41,444 bases of DNA, from IMG/VR virus record IMGVR_UViG_2563366870_000005. One strand, 5' to 3'. The notes under the pieces are model-generated. The model saw only the letters and a list, made by a program, of their open reading frames with translations, made no database searches and was not told the origin of the DNA. Origin of the DNA: a virus (taxonomy: Duplodnaviria; Heunggongvirae; Uroviricota; Caudoviricetes). Numbering within the stretch: position 1 is the first letter of the stretch; every line of letters starts with the position of its first letter. Positions 8,489 through 18,282 of the stretch are shown in pieces. The position numbers and the translations under genes were made by a program.

Positions 8489-10476
8489 TAACCCACCCTC
8501 ACCTGATTACTTCGCATGACCTGAGCATTTGCAGACTGTTGCCGACGTGCAACCTCATTACCGACAGCGTGCGGATCTCCGCCACCGTAAATGTGGTAGG
8601 TATTTTGCTGGTTAACCTCTGTCATTTTGCCACTAATTCCCGCCACGGCAGCCTTATTAATCAGCTCTCGAGAATAGATATTTCTTCCATTTTCATGCTG
8701 GATAATGCTGCTCATCAATGCTGACATGGTTTTCGGATCGCTCATATTCAGGGCAGCCCGGGGATCCACTCCCAGTCGTTGCGATACAGCCCTGATATAC
8801 GCAGTTGTGTTGTTATTATCAGAGGCAGGTGCCCAGGTAGAGATAATTTTTTCCACACTGTTTATTCCTCGCCCGGCGTACAACATTAACTGACGAGCAA
8901 GAGCCCGTAATCCATCAAAGGCAGTTTCAAATCTGGCAAATCGCCCGCCCGGGTGTTCAAGAGAAGCCCCCGCCTGACCAGCAAAATTAAGGTTTCCCGG
9001 ATTGTTATTCCGTTCTCCTCGTTTCGTAGCCTGTGCATGTTGTTCCGGCTCATCATCACCAAACCAGCCGCGTACCGTCCGGCCCACACTGCGGGGATCG
9101 AATCCCCAGTGCTCTTTAATCCAGTCGGCAGTACTGTTAGCGCTGTCTGTAACCATCGGCATCGCTGACGGATTTTCGCTGCCCTGATTAAGTATCTGTT
9201 TGCCGATGCTGACGGCATCAGCCCAGCGTCCATCTTTGATAGCGTTGAGCAGGTCGGCGATCATGTTCAGCATTTTGCTGAATTCGCCCATCTGGTCGAT
9301 GAAGTTGCTGAAATCCCACTTCAGGGACCATGATTTGGGGTCAATATTGAGTAGTTTCGCCAGCGCTTTCGCCAGATCGTTAACGGTCGTTTTAAGGTCA
9401 CGAACCATCTTCAGCGCGGCATCGACCTCCGGTTTCCACTTGCCCCAGTCAATCAGGCTGTCGCCGCCTTCCTTCCAGGTCTGATAGTCCTCCCACAGGA
9501 GGGCAATCCCCGCCGCCAGCGCGGTAATGAGGCCAACCGGCGACATCCAGAACGTACTGTTCAGAATGCGCAGCGCAATCGTCAGTGCGCCAAACAGCGA
9601 GATCAACTCCCGCGTTTGCTTATCCAGCGATTGCCACCAGGTGATAAGGCCTGATGTCCCCTCAATCAGTCTGAAGAACAGCCGCCCGATAATATCCCCG
9701 AGCGCCAGAATGCCTTTTATGGCTTTCGTCAGAGTCTGCTCGATACGAGGGAAGTTGTCCAGGATATGGCGGCGCAGGGTGTCCAGCGAACCTGCAAGCC
9801 CACCCGCAAGATTAGAGCCGATTTTGTCACGGGCCATGCCTGCCATCGCGCTAAACTCACGCAAGGAGGTCATAAATTTGTTGGAGCTTCTGGCCGCCTC
9901 GTCAGCATTGAAGCCGATAGCTTTCGCCATTGCGCTGTACTGCCCGGAGAAGCCACCCACACCCCGGCGCATCGCCATAAGGGTATTTTCGTCAATGCCC
10001 AGCATCTGCGCATACTGGTTAGCCCGGTAATACGGCATGCTGCTGAGTTTCTGTCCAACGCCCGTAAAGATAGCGGCCATGTCACGCATGTTACCGCTGG
10101 CATCACGGGTCTGTACGCCCAGGCGATTCAGAAATCCCTCCGCCCCGGGATTATTACGAATAAACCGGGAGAGGTTTTCCAGAGAAGATCGCGCAGCGTC
10201 CACGCTGCCGCCAACCTGCGAAACCGCATAGCCAATAGACTGAATTCCCTGGACTGTCGCGCCGGTGCGCTGTGACGCCCAGTAAAGATTATCCAGACCA
10301 GAGGCGATCTTAGCCGTGAAGGCCACCACGGACAGCGCAGCTCCTTCGACGGCCAGCCCCATTTTGATGACATTTGCAGTTGTACCGGCGAGGACAGAAC
10401 CGAATTTTTTCGCTCCTGCATCATCCACACTGAAGCCAAGCGAGACGAGGAAATCTTTAATAGTCTCGGCGTTCAT
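8488..10476 (-). CDS. Tail tape measure protein
   Basis: Largest tail ORF, follows the tube-chaperone-frameshift arrangement; preferred start ATG 10474-10476 (MNAETIKDFL) with strong SD GGAGAGAGG; track start 10497 is TTG. Confidence 0.8.
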   Translation of the reverse strand: MNAETIKDFLVSLGFSVDDAGAKKFGSVLAGTTANVIKMGLAVEGAALSVVAFTAKIASGLDNLYWASQRTGATVQGIQSIGYAVSQVGGSVDAARSSLENLSRFIRNNPGAEGFLNRLGVQTRDASGNMRDMAAIFTGVGQKLSSMPYYRANQYAQMLGIDENTLMAMRRGVGGFSGQYSAMAKAIGFNADEAARSSNKFMTSLREFSAMAGMARDKIGSNLAGGLAGSLDTLRRHILDNFPRIEQTLTKAIKGILALGDIIGRLFFRLIEGTSGLITWWQSLDKQTRELISLFGALTIALRILNSTFWMSPVGLITALAAGIALLWEDYQTWKEGGDSLIDWGKWKPEVDAALKMVRDLKTTVNDLAKALAKLLNIDPKSWSLKWDFSNFIDQMGEFSKMLNMIADLLNAIKDGRWADAVSIGKQILNQGSENPSAMPMVTDSANSTADWIKEHWGFDPRSVGRTVRGWFGDDEPEQHAQATKRGERNNNPGNLNFAGQAGASLEHPGGRFARFETAFDGLRALARQLMLYAGRGINSVEKIISTWAPASDNNNTTAYIRAVSQRLGVDPRAALNMSDPKTMSALMSSIIQHENGRNIYSRELINKAAVAGISGKMTEVNQQNTYHIYGGGDPHAVGNEVARRQQSANAQVMRSNQVRVG

Positions 10477-11106
10477 TATCCTCTCTCCATTTCTCAATGC
10501 GCCGCTGGTTATCCGCTTTTACCGCCAGATGGTCATTCAAGAGAGCAATGTCGTACAAATCGACAGAGCCATCTTTAAGTGCTGTATAAGGAATTAACCC
10601 GGCGTCAACCGGATTGAGAAGGTAGGACAGCCCGTCCGGCAGGCTGTTAAACGTCAGCCCTGTTGCAGGCTCTGCGTCGTGCTGGTAAGGGGTGTAGGCA
10701 AAAAATTTCCCAGCGAATCGGCGACCACCCGCGCCACCAGCTGCAGCATGACCAGCAGGTCAATATCATCAAACATCAGTTCGCCCTGGGTAAATACCGG
10801 CACCCATCCGTCCATATGACGCCGCGATACCACCGCAAGACAGGGATGAATAATCGCATCGGTGTCATCTTCGGTCAGGGAAGACAGTTCCTCAGCGATA
10901 CGCGGGAGCATGGTTTCAAACACCGGTTTTAACTGCTCTAATTTCACGGTGTCGATTTTGCCATCAGCAGGCAAACGGGAGCGAATGCTCCCGAAATCTG
11001 ACATCATTCCTGCCAGCACCGGCAGAAGTTTGCGGGTCACTTTCAGCTGATCAAAAACGCTGAGTTTTGCCGCGCGATATTTCACGCCTTTAATTTCGAA
11101 TTCCAT
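10457..11106 (-). CDS. Tail assembly chaperone, -1 frameshift-extended product (GT / E+E'-like)
   Basis: After slippage at T TTT TTG (10699-10705) the -1 frame stays open for 80 codons, contains no ATG or GTG, and stops at TAA 10457-10459 just inside the tape-measure start. Confidence 0.55.
10654..11106 (-). CDS. Tail assembly chaperone (lambda G / P2 gpE-like)
   Basis: 150-aa ORF between tail tube and tape measure; contains a slippery heptamer near its 3' end, followed by a long -1 open frame. Confidence 0.7.
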   Translation of the reverse strand: MEFEIKGVKYRAAKLSVFDQLKVTRKLLPVLAGMMSDFGSIRSRLPADGKIDTVKLEQLKPVFETMLPRIAEELSSLTEDDTDAIIHPCLAVVSRRHMDGWVPVFTQGELMFDDIDLLVMLQLVARVVADSLGNFLPTPLTSTTQSLQQG

Positions 11107-11109
11107 GTA

Positions 11110-11550
11110 TTAAAACTCCCCGAGAACCTGGTCAATCTTGCCACAGTCAAACACCCACGGCATCGTATTACCGGTTTTAGCGTTGGCGTTATCCGGTTGT
11201 TTCTGGAACGCAACACTGCGTGCCGTGATGATGTCGCCGCTGACCTTGTTGCGGATCACGATAACGTTATTCCCCCATGTGGCAGAAGACTGGCTCTGTG
11301 CGTTATACGCCAGCGACAATTTTTTATTTGTCGGTGATGTCTTCAGAAGGTTAACGGTAATCGTCCCGCTTTTATCTGCATGGAGACTGTGCATCACTTC
11401 GCCATCAGCACCGATGGTCATGGTGTTTTTAGGACCGCCCATCGCAACCACAATCCCCTCTTCAGAACTTGCCGAACCGTACCCGAGGTCAATCGAACCT
11501 GTCGGCCCGGTCAGCGTCGCAGTGACATCCATAAAAGAATAGGTAGACAT
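11110..11550 (-). CDS. Tail tube protein
   Basis: 146-aa ORF immediately downstream of the sheath gene and upstream of the chaperone, the canonical myovirus order. Confidence 0.65.
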   Translation of the reverse strand: MSTYSFMDVTATLTGPTGSIDLGYGSASSEEGIVVAMGGPKNTMTIGADGEVMHSLHADKSGTITVNLLKTSPTNKKLSLAYNAQSQSSATWGNNVIVIRNKVSGDIITARSVAFQKQPDNANAKTGNTMPWVFDCGKIDQVLGEF

Positions 11551-11560
11551 TCACTTCCCC

Positions 11561-12706
11561 TTAGCGAACAACGTTAATCTGTACGTCAGCGTAATGAACC
11601 GCGCCTGCAAGTTTTATTGCAGCCTGAATCACCGGAGCCTTACGGGCTTCACGTTCTGATTGTGCCTGTTCATCCAGCGGCTGGGCGTATACGTAATAAC
11701 CTTTGGGCAGCGTGTCACCTGATGACAACTGGCCAAGGTCGCCCCCGTTCCATACGCCCGGAGCAATCAGTCCATTCTGAACGGCCTGATCCAGTGATTT
11801 TTCAACATTTGATAACAGTCGGGTAATACCGGCTTCAGTCTGGGGAACTTTCGTGGTGCTGGTATAAAGCAGGTTATAGAGGTTGGTCTGCACATAATTC
11901 TGTAACCAGTCCAGGCCGTGGCGTTCATCAAAGAAATCGCCGTTAGCCATCACTCCCTGCTGGAGGATAGCTGTATCATTCTGGTAGTACACGAACACAT
12001 TGCAGTTTTTTGCATCAAGTGCCGATGCCTGGCTGACTGTCAGTGTTTCATACCCGACACCCGGCTCCTGCTTAAACTTGAGCGTAATCGCGGTATTACT
12101 GCCATTGAAATTAACCGTGAATGCCCGGCCAAATGCAGATAACGCAGCGTATTTATTACCCGATGAATACTGAATAAAACTGCGTGAATATCCGGCGGTT
12201 TTCAGTTTTGATGCCAAATCATCGCTGGATGCAGTCTGCAGGCATTTCTCATCGCTTGTCGTAATCGCCAGAATACGGCTTACAGAAGAGGATTCGATCG
12301 CCGCAGCCACTTTCAGCCAGTCTGCATCCGGAATATCTTCATCGTCTGCAATCCCCAGCCCATACCATGAAGTATAATCGAGCATGGCATTCACAGCCTG
12401 CTCCAGCGTCTCAGGCGTGGCCTGTTCGCTGTCTCCCTTCGTTTTCACCCAACGACCAACAAAAACCTCCTGAGGTTTCGGTGATTGTGAGAAAAACACC
12501 TGCGCAGCCTTATATTCTGGTGATTCCACGCCAAAATCTTTTCCAATATCTTCCGCGGCAGAATAACGGCGAATGCGCTCACTTACCGGAATGATTGTGG
12601 ACGGGCCGAGAATGAGTAATGCACCAAAATTTCGCCCTGATGCTGCACGCGGCGACATGATCACATCAACATTAACAACGTTTGATACAGGCAAGCCCTG
12701 TGCCAT
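11561..12706 (-). CDS. Tail sheath protein
   Basis: 381-aa ORF preceding tube/chaperone/tape measure; size and position typical for a contractile sheath. Confidence 0.65.
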   Translation of the reverse strand: MAQGLPVSNVVNVDVIMSPRAASGRNFGALLILGPSTIIPVSERIRRYSAAEDIGKDFGVESPEYKAAQVFFSQSPKPQEVFVGRWVKTKGDSEQATPETLEQAVNAMLDYTSWYGLGIADDEDIPDADWLKVAAAIESSSVSRILAITTSDEKCLQTASSDDLASKLKTAGYSRSFIQYSSGNKYAALSAFGRAFTVNFNGSNTAITLKFKQEPGVGYETLTVSQASALDAKNCNVFVYYQNDTAILQQGVMANGDFFDERHGLDWLQNYVQTNLYNLLYTSTTKVPQTEAGITRLLSNVEKSLDQAVQNGLIAPGVWNGGDLGQLSSGDTLPKGYYVYAQPLDEQAQSEREARKAPVIQAAIKLAGAVHYADVQINVVR

Positions 12707-12709
12707 AGC

Positions 12710-13273
12710 TTAATCTCCGAAAAAGATGACTGGTGCTTCCACCAGCGATTTAATACCGTACTCGCGTACAACCTTCCGGCGCAGACGCACCGTCATATCG
12801 TAGCGGCGGACCCATTGCTGATTAATAAGTTCAGGGAAGGGAGTCAGACCTGTGTAATCGCCAAGAGACAGCCCCAGCACATTCAGTGCTGCGTTGTTCT
12901 GCGGTACAGATATACCGTCACGAAACCGGGACGCATACACCATCCCCGCCGGACCATAAAACGAAGCCATACACTCAATCGTTTCATGCCGCCAGAGCTG
13001 AGAGCCATCATCAGTCTGTCTGGTGAATGCCGGACTGTCATCACCTGACCATCCGATAACCCCAAACGCACACCAGTTCGTTTCAACCGGTAGCAGTGGC
13101 GGCTGCTCTTTCTGCCAGCGCGGACGAACCATCCCGGCAGACAGACCGGAAACGTTACGCATCCACTGGCTTAACAGCCTGTCGAGCGCTTCGTCATAAT
13201 CCGGATCGCCACTGGTTGGTATCAGCCATCCGCGCTCTGTGCTGGTGTTATTGCTCAACCGGAATTCCCCCAT
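12710..13273 (-). CDS. Virion structural protein (neck/tail-completion region); start uncertain
   Basis: ORF in the head-tail joining block; ATGs at 13318 and 13273 both possible, neither has a clear SD; overlaps the upstream gene. Confidence 0.45.
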   Translation of the reverse strand: MGEFRLSNNTSTERGWLIPTSGDPDYDEALDRLLSQWMRNVSGLSAGMVRPRWQKEQPPLLPVETNWCAFGVIGWSGDDSPAFTRQTDDGSQLWRHETIECMASFYGPAGMVYASRFRDGISVPQNNAALNVLGLSLGDYTGLTPFPELINQQWVRRYDMTVRLRRKVVREYGIKSLVEAPVIFFGD

Positions 13274-13637
13274 CAAACGGCAGCAACTCACAATGCGCCT
13301 GAACGAATCCGGCACCATACGCTGTATACGGGTCGACGAAAGTCACACGATAATCACGGCCCTGATACGTCACGATATCGGCATCACGGCCAGTCTGTCC
13401 CTGCGTCAGTCGCTCAGTCGTCACAATCAGAATTGCACCACTGATTACCTGCCCGGCCTGCATACGACGGTTTTCCAGAGAGCGATCAACAGTTACGACT
13501 CCGGCAAACTGCTTTTTAACTTCGCTGTCGCTGCCGATCCCGTCCGCATCCACCGTTTGCACACGGCGTGTTACCCACAAATTGAAGTCGCAAAAATCGG
13601 GGTCAAAAAGCACATCTGTTACATCAAGAGTCGGCAT
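13248..13637 (-). CDS. Head-tail joining / tail completion protein
   Basis: 129-aa ORF, ATG 13635-13637 overlapping upstream stop; position between head and tail modules. Confidence 0.45.
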   Translation of the reverse strand: MPTLDVTDVLFDPDFCDFNLWVTRRVQTVDADGIGSDSEVKKQFAGVVTVDRSLENRRMQAGQVISGAILIVTTERLTQGQTGRDADIVTYQGRDYRVTFVDPYTAYGAGFVQAHCELLPFDGGIPVEQ

Positions 13638-14178
13638 TTTTATCCCTCACAACATGGGTAATCGCTCTGCGATATTGCCCGGTGTCAATTAATGGTTTCG
13701 CCAGTTCGGTTCCCGGGGATTCGCCAGCAGCACGCCGGGCAAGTTCCAGTGTTGCCCCCTTGCGCCCCCGACGAGCCCGGGCTTCAACAGTACTGTCAGC
13801 AAGCGGCGTAAAGCCGGTAATGGTCATGTAACGCCTGACGCCATTAGCGGCCAGTGTTCCGGCACGGTTGAGTGCGCTTTCTGCTCCCGCAGCATTACCA
13901 TCAAGTGCAGCCTGCGCCGCGGCTTTGAGCTGCGGCACCGTCTGCTCTTCTGCCGATTTAACGCCGGGGACCAGGTGAGGTCGTGGCGGGATGTTCTGCT
14001 CTGGTGAGCCGTATTCGTTGAGGTAACCGATGCCCGCATTACCAAACGGAACATCATCCCGCTCGCTGTCTTCCGAAGGGATGCCGACCAGCACATCTTT
14101 TTTGGTTAACGACCTGAGCGCATCCAGAATAGCCTTAGCGTTATCCACCCTCGTTGTTACACCGCTTTTGAAACTCAT
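13624..14178 (-). CDS. Head-tail connector / virion morphogenesis protein
   Basis: 184-aa ORF, ATG 14176-14178 overlapping upstream stop; position. Confidence 0.45.
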   Translation of the reverse strand: MSFKSGVTTRVDNAKAILDALRSLTKKDVLVGIPSEDSERDDVPFGNAGIGYLNEYGSPEQNIPPRPHLVPGVKSAEEQTVPQLKAAAQAALDGNAAGAESALNRAGTLAANGVRRYMTITGFTPLADSTVEARARRGRKGATLELARRAAGESPGTELAKPLIDTGQYRRAITHVVRDKNADS

Positions 14179-14582
14179 AGCTGGCGACCACCTGCACCGA
14201 ACATCGTGATCAACTGATAAAATTCAGCGCCATATCGGGTGTTATTCCAGAAACCTGCATCAGGATTCAGCGTCGCGCTGGTGTCATAACTGACGCTTAC
14301 CTTATCCACGGACTTTGAGGACTGAACACCATTGGTTGAACCGCCCGGCTCGCCAGCCAGCATCGCCCGGCTGTCTGCCGCCCAGAGCGTCATGTAGTGC
14401 GCAACGAACAACCCGGCAAAGTACGGAAACAACTTTTTGCCGGTGACGTTTTCGCTCAGCAGTTCATCGGCCAGATTCAGACGAAACTGGATTTGCGCTT
14501 CGGGATATTTGGCAGGGTCAGCAAACTGCGGGAAGTCGCGGCGAAAATCACTTACCGCTGGCAGACTTTGATTCTTTGGCAT
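14175..14582 (-). CDS. Head-tail adaptor / head completion protein
   Basis: 135-aa ORF with ATG 14580-14582; follows the capsid genes. Confidence 0.45.
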   Translation of the reverse strand: MPKNQSLPAVSDFRRDFPQFADPAKYPEAQIQFRLNLADELLSENVTGKKLFPYFAGLFVAHYMTLWAADSRAMLAGEPGGSTNGVQSSKSVDKVSVSYDTSATLNPDAGFWNNTRYGAEFYQLITMFGAGGRQL

Positions 14583-14769
14583 TTTTTACCTCGTTACGCG
14601 CGTCTGTGGCTTTGCCAACGGATACTTCCGCGTGCGCACGAGTGAACCAGTGCGTGGCAACGTCTTCCTCCACAGCATGACGGCCTTTAACAAACTCGCG
14701 CCGTGAACCGTCGGGAAGCGTGAGCACAAACGGGGTATGTACGTGTATTACTGCATTATTTTTTGCCAT
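14548..14769 (-). CDS. Small head-associated protein
   Basis: 73-aa ORF, ATG 14767-14769, directly downstream of the major capsid gene. Confidence 0.4.
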   Translation of the reverse strand: MAKNNAVIHVHTPFVLTLPDGSRREFVKGRHAVEEDVATHWFTRAHAEVSVGKATDARNEVKNAKESKSASGK

Positions 14770-14810
14770 CGGGTCATCCTTAATGGCCCCGCCAGGGGGC
14801 CATGTGGCTG

Positions 14811-15752
14811 TTAAATGCCATCAACGTACGAAATGGTTTCTTTGTACACTGGCTCGACTGCACCCAGCTTGCCGTAGTAAGTGACGATCTGATACAGACC
14901 GCGATACTGCACTGGCACGCTCTGAAGCGGAACCAGCGGGTAGCGGACGTATTTTTTATCGTTGGTGTACGCAACCATGCGATCCTTATTCCCCACACCA
15001 CGGCCTTTCAGCCATTTAACCGCGCGGATATTCAGCGGAACACCGTTCTGGTGATAGCTGATGGTGTTGGTCTGAAGGTACGTCAACAGGGACTGGTTAC
15101 CCGCAGATGAAACGATGATGCTGGACAACAGAGCAAACTGCTCAGGCGGGATCAGCAAATCACGCGGAACCACAGAGTAACCGGAAGCGGCCCACGCATC
15201 AGACAGCACCTGGTTAATGCTTGCGCGGATTTCGTCCGGTGTTGAGGTTGCCCACGTTTTGGCAGCGTTGTTGACAGGCACGCCGTCCAGGGTAACAAGA
15301 CCTTTCAGGTTTAATGCGGAATCGCCAACATATACCTGTTCATCGTTATCCATCTGCCATTTCAGTTGCATCCCGTCATACTTCTGCGTATCAATCGGGC
15401 GTCCGATCTGCTGAGCAGCCTGCAATTCTATGACCGTCCAGCCAAGTTCCATCCCCCACAGGTTCAGCGGGTTACCGGATTTGCCGATATCCACGTTCAC
15501 GCCAGCAATAGCGGTTGAGTCTTTGCCTACCCAGTTTTTGCCATTCGGATTTGCACCAGTACCCGCAGCGGCGAAGCTGGTATTCGTCCAGCTGGAAATG
15601 TCATCTGCGATGGAGACATCTTCACGCAACTGAATATCGCGGGTCCAGGTGTACCCCACCAGTGGCAGGTTCAGCGTCTGGTCGAGTCGCTCCAGCTCCC
15701 CGATGAGAAAGGCACCAGAGCTGTCAACGGTTGCCTGATCAAAAGTAATCAT
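14811..15752 (-). CDS. Major capsid protein
   Basis: 313-aa ORF at the end of the scaffold/decoration/capsid trio; ATG 15750-15752; size and order typical. Confidence 0.7.
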   Translation of the reverse strand: MITFDQATVDSSGAFLIGELERLDQTLNLPLVGYTWTRDIQLREDVSIADDISSWTNTSFAAAGTGANPNGKNWVGKDSTAIAGVNVDIGKSGNPLNLWGMELGWTVIELQAAQQIGRPIDTQKYDGMQLKWQMDNDEQVYVGDSALNLKGLVTLDGVPVNNAAKTWATSTPDEIRASINQVLSDAWAASGYSVVPRDLLIPPEQFALLSSIIVSSAGNQSLLTYLQTNTISYHQNGVPLNIRAVKWLKGRGVGNKDRMVAYTNDKKYVRYPLVPLQSVPVQYRGLYQIVTYYGKLGAVEPVYKETISYVDGI

Positions 15753-15763
15753 TCGTCTGTTCC

Positions 15764-16270
15764 TTAAATCTTCCAGGAAATTTCTGCATTGCCGTCAGCA
15801 TCACCGGCACCTGTGAATTCAGCGTTGGTCAGCACCACGTTTTTGCCACTGACTGACGTGGCCATGAATCCACCCAGCGGCACTTTGATGGATTCATCAG
15901 TGGAGACGACAACGTATACCGGGTCGCCTTTTTTGATGGTGCTGGCATCAAAATCAGAACCGAGATTAACGGTCACGTAGCCACGCTTCATTGCGTCGCC
16001 CGGGAAGTTCTTGCCACTCCCCACCTGGCGAACCATGTCCGGCTGCGAAGTGGTCGGATAAGGGCGCACGTAGATCCCCTTCACCTTGTCTGCGGTATCA
16101 CCATCTGCCAGCGGCACGAAAAAACCGTCATCATCGTATTTACCAGCCAGGCCATAGGCAGCGAAGGCGTTATCGGATTTAAGGACCACCGGTTCGACGG
16201 TTAAGTCCTGCGGGCGAGAGACGGCCCCGGCAATGCCAACAGGCATCCGGTACAGAAATACATTATTCAT
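15764..16270 (-). CDS. Head structural/decoration protein
   Basis: 168-aa ORF between the scaffold-like and major capsid genes. Confidence 0.45.
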   Translation of the reverse strand: MNNVFLYRMPVGIAGAVSRPQDLTVEPVVLKSDNAFAAYGLAGKYDDDGFFVPLADGDTADKVKGIYVRPYPTTSQPDMVRQVGSGKNFPGDAMKRGYVTVNLGSDFDASTIKKGDPVYVVVSTDESIKVPLGGFMATSVSGKNVVLTNAEFTGAGDADGNAEISWKI

Positions 16271-16273
16271 TTT

Positions 16274-17494
16274 TTACCCTTTACGGTTTGCCCAGAATTC
16301 AGCGTTTTGTTTGTTCAGGGAAGCGATACTGGTCATGCCCATGTTTGGGCGCTGTGCATCGCTGGTGGTGGCGCGGGTGTTTCGCCCTTTGGCAATCTCA
16401 GACACGGCATTAAACGCCATGTCGACCGATTGTTTCGGTAATTTGCGGATATCCGCATCACCGACTATCTGGCGAACCAGCGTTTTGTCAGCAGAAGCCA
16501 GAACCTCACGTTTGAACGCGGTCGGTTTCATCTTACGGCTCAGATCGATACCCGGAACGATAACTTCGGCACGCCAGGCTGAGTCACCAGTAATCGTGGT
16601 TTCCTCTTCATCGTCCTCGCCGTCACCGGTCGGATTATCGTCAGGCTTATTGTCGTTATCGCCCGTCGCATTTCCTTCCAGCTTAGCCAGCAGGGCTTTC
16701 AGTAATGTTTTGAGGTCATCATCACTGTCGCCCGTTGGACCTCCGCCCATCTCTGGTGCTTTGTCCGGTAGCGGTTGCTGCGGGGACAGGTTGATGTTGA
16801 GATTAACGCCCTGCGGCAAATCCCCCTCATCTCCTGTAACCGATGCGGGAGCCGACTCCACCAGTTCGTTCATGGTGTCAGCGTCACCCGTTTTGATGGC
16901 CGTGCGCATGCGGGTCCACCAGCTTTTCTTTTGATTTGCCATTGTGTCTCTGTCTCCAATTGCACAACGATTTCCGGCTCTGCCTTTAGGGACAAGAGCC
17001 ACATGGTTTCCGGTAATATCAACCTGCTCTGCCTTACCCGGCTCAGTCTGCTTATATTCCGCGTCATAGCCACACGACACTTCGCGCAGGCCATCTTCGA
17101 TCAGCTGAATGGCGTTTTCGTCTTTGACGATAAGGTCAGCCAGCATCAAATCAGACTGCACACCCGTCCCGCGCCGGACATTCTGAAGATGCCCGACCGC
17201 GAGCTCTTTCCAGTTCTCTGGATTCACCAGCCGCACATCCCCGTTTTCATCCTCGGGATGCAACACCGTGATACTCATTCCTTCGAATGAGGCAAGCGTG
17301 GCGGGATGGAATACCTGCTCAGGAGAACGCGTGACGACTATTTCACCGAACTTATCGGGTTTCAGTTTTGGCAGGTCATCAGCACCATAGAGCTGCTTAC
17401 CTGTTCGTCCTATCGGCACGTCTTTGCACAGCAACGAGCCGTCAGCCAGCTGATAGCGGGTTTCCCCCAGCCGGGTATTGAAAAAATATTTCAT
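16274..17494 (-). CDS. Head scaffold / maturation protein
   Basis: 406-aa ORF after portal and minor head genes; contains a strongly acidic low-complexity stretch (GDSDDDL ... GDGEDDEEETT). Confidence 0.5.
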   Translation of the reverse strand: MKYFFNTRLGETRYQLADGSLLCKDVPIGRTGKQLYGADDLPKLKPDKFGEIVVTRSPEQVFHPATLASFEGMSITVLHPEDENGDVRLVNPENWKELAVGHLQNVRRGTGVQSDLMLADLIVKDENAIQLIEDGLREVSCGYDAEYKQTEPGKAEQVDITGNHVALVPKGRAGNRCAIGDRDTMANQKKSWWTRMRTAIKTGDADTMNELVESAPASVTGDEGDLPQGVNLNINLSPQQPLPDKAPEMGGGPTGDSDDDLKTLLKALLAKLEGNATGDNDNKPDDNPTGDGEDDEEETTITGDSAWRAEVIVPGIDLSRKMKPTAFKREVLASADKTLVRQIVGDADIRKLPKQSVDMAFNAVSEIAKGRNTRATTSDAQRPNMGMTSIASLNKQNAEFWANRKG

Positions 17495-17508
17495 GTGTTA
17501 CCTGCGAT

Positions 17509-18282
17509 TCAGGCGGGATAAGATTGGGAGGTGGGAAAAACGATTTCTTTATAACAGCGACAATTCGGGAGCTCGCCAGCGTGACCTGTCATGCCGTCAA
17601 GCGTTGGAGGTTTGCCCCATTCGACAAATTTACCTTCCATTTCCCGATGAGAATGCCTGACGTCACCATCTTCGGCTGTACGCCAGATATAACCATTCGA
17701 ACCAATTGACAGCGCACGCGCCTGATCCAGCGCGCCGGTTGCACGTCCAAGTTCAGTACGGGCAATCAGGTCAGCTCTGGACTTTGCTATATCACCCGAT
17801 GCGGCTATTTCTTTAGCAAAATGTTCTGCTCTCCCACCGGTCACAACAGCTTCTGTCGCCCGATTCTGGATGTCGTACACCCTGTCAGCCGCCTCGAGGG
17901 GGAGCGATTTGATGTACTTGACCTGTTCGGCGATGATGGATTGCATCACCTGGCCCACAGGAGCGCTTTCCACAAGATTGCGGAGCTCGCGACTGATGTT
18001 CTTGCTGTGTTGCCGCCAAACTTTCTCGTTCTGCCGGGTTAGGTCCGCAGTAAAGTTTTCCGCGACCTTTGTCGCCCAGGGGGTTATGATTTCACTGTAG
18101 CGTTCCAGCGCCTCAATAATTTCCGTGATACTGTCATTTGAACCATCGTAGCGACCATTTACGATGTCCCCGACCGCCCGCGCTATCCTGCGTAGGCTGG
18201 TTCGATACCGGATTTCCGCCTGACGGTTCCTGCGGTTCGTCATCAGGTTCGCTGATGCCGGGCGGCGCTTCGTCTTCGGCAT
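17509..18282 (-). CDS. Head morphogenesis protein (Mu F / SPP1 gp7-like)
   Basis: 257-aa ORF directly after the portal gene; basic N-terminus; SD GAGGA upstream of ATG 18280-18282; overlaps the portal 3' end by ~149 nt, so start is uncertain. Confidence 0.6.
   Translation of the reverse strand: MPKTKRRPASANLMTNRRNRQAEIRYRTSLRRIARAVGDIVNGRYDGSNDSITEIIEALERYSEIITPWATKVAENFTADLTRQNEKVWRQHSKNISRELRNLVESAPVGQVMQSIIAEQVKYIKSLPLEAADRVYDIQNRATEAVVTGGRAEHFAKEIAASGDIAKSRADLIARTELGRATGALDQARALSIGSNGYIWRTAEDGDVRHSHREMEGKFVEWGKPPTLDGMTGHAGELPNCRCYKEIVFPTSQSYPA

Noticed and set aside
8488-10497. Antisense or alternative-frame ORFs within long genes (e.g. 9527..10030, 9766..10275, 16233..16934, 26083..26649, 33275..33835, 35989..36873)
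   Set aside because: They lie inside or opposite well-supported genes, have no SD or operon context, and show biased Arg/Ser/Pro-rich composition typical of shadow ORFs.
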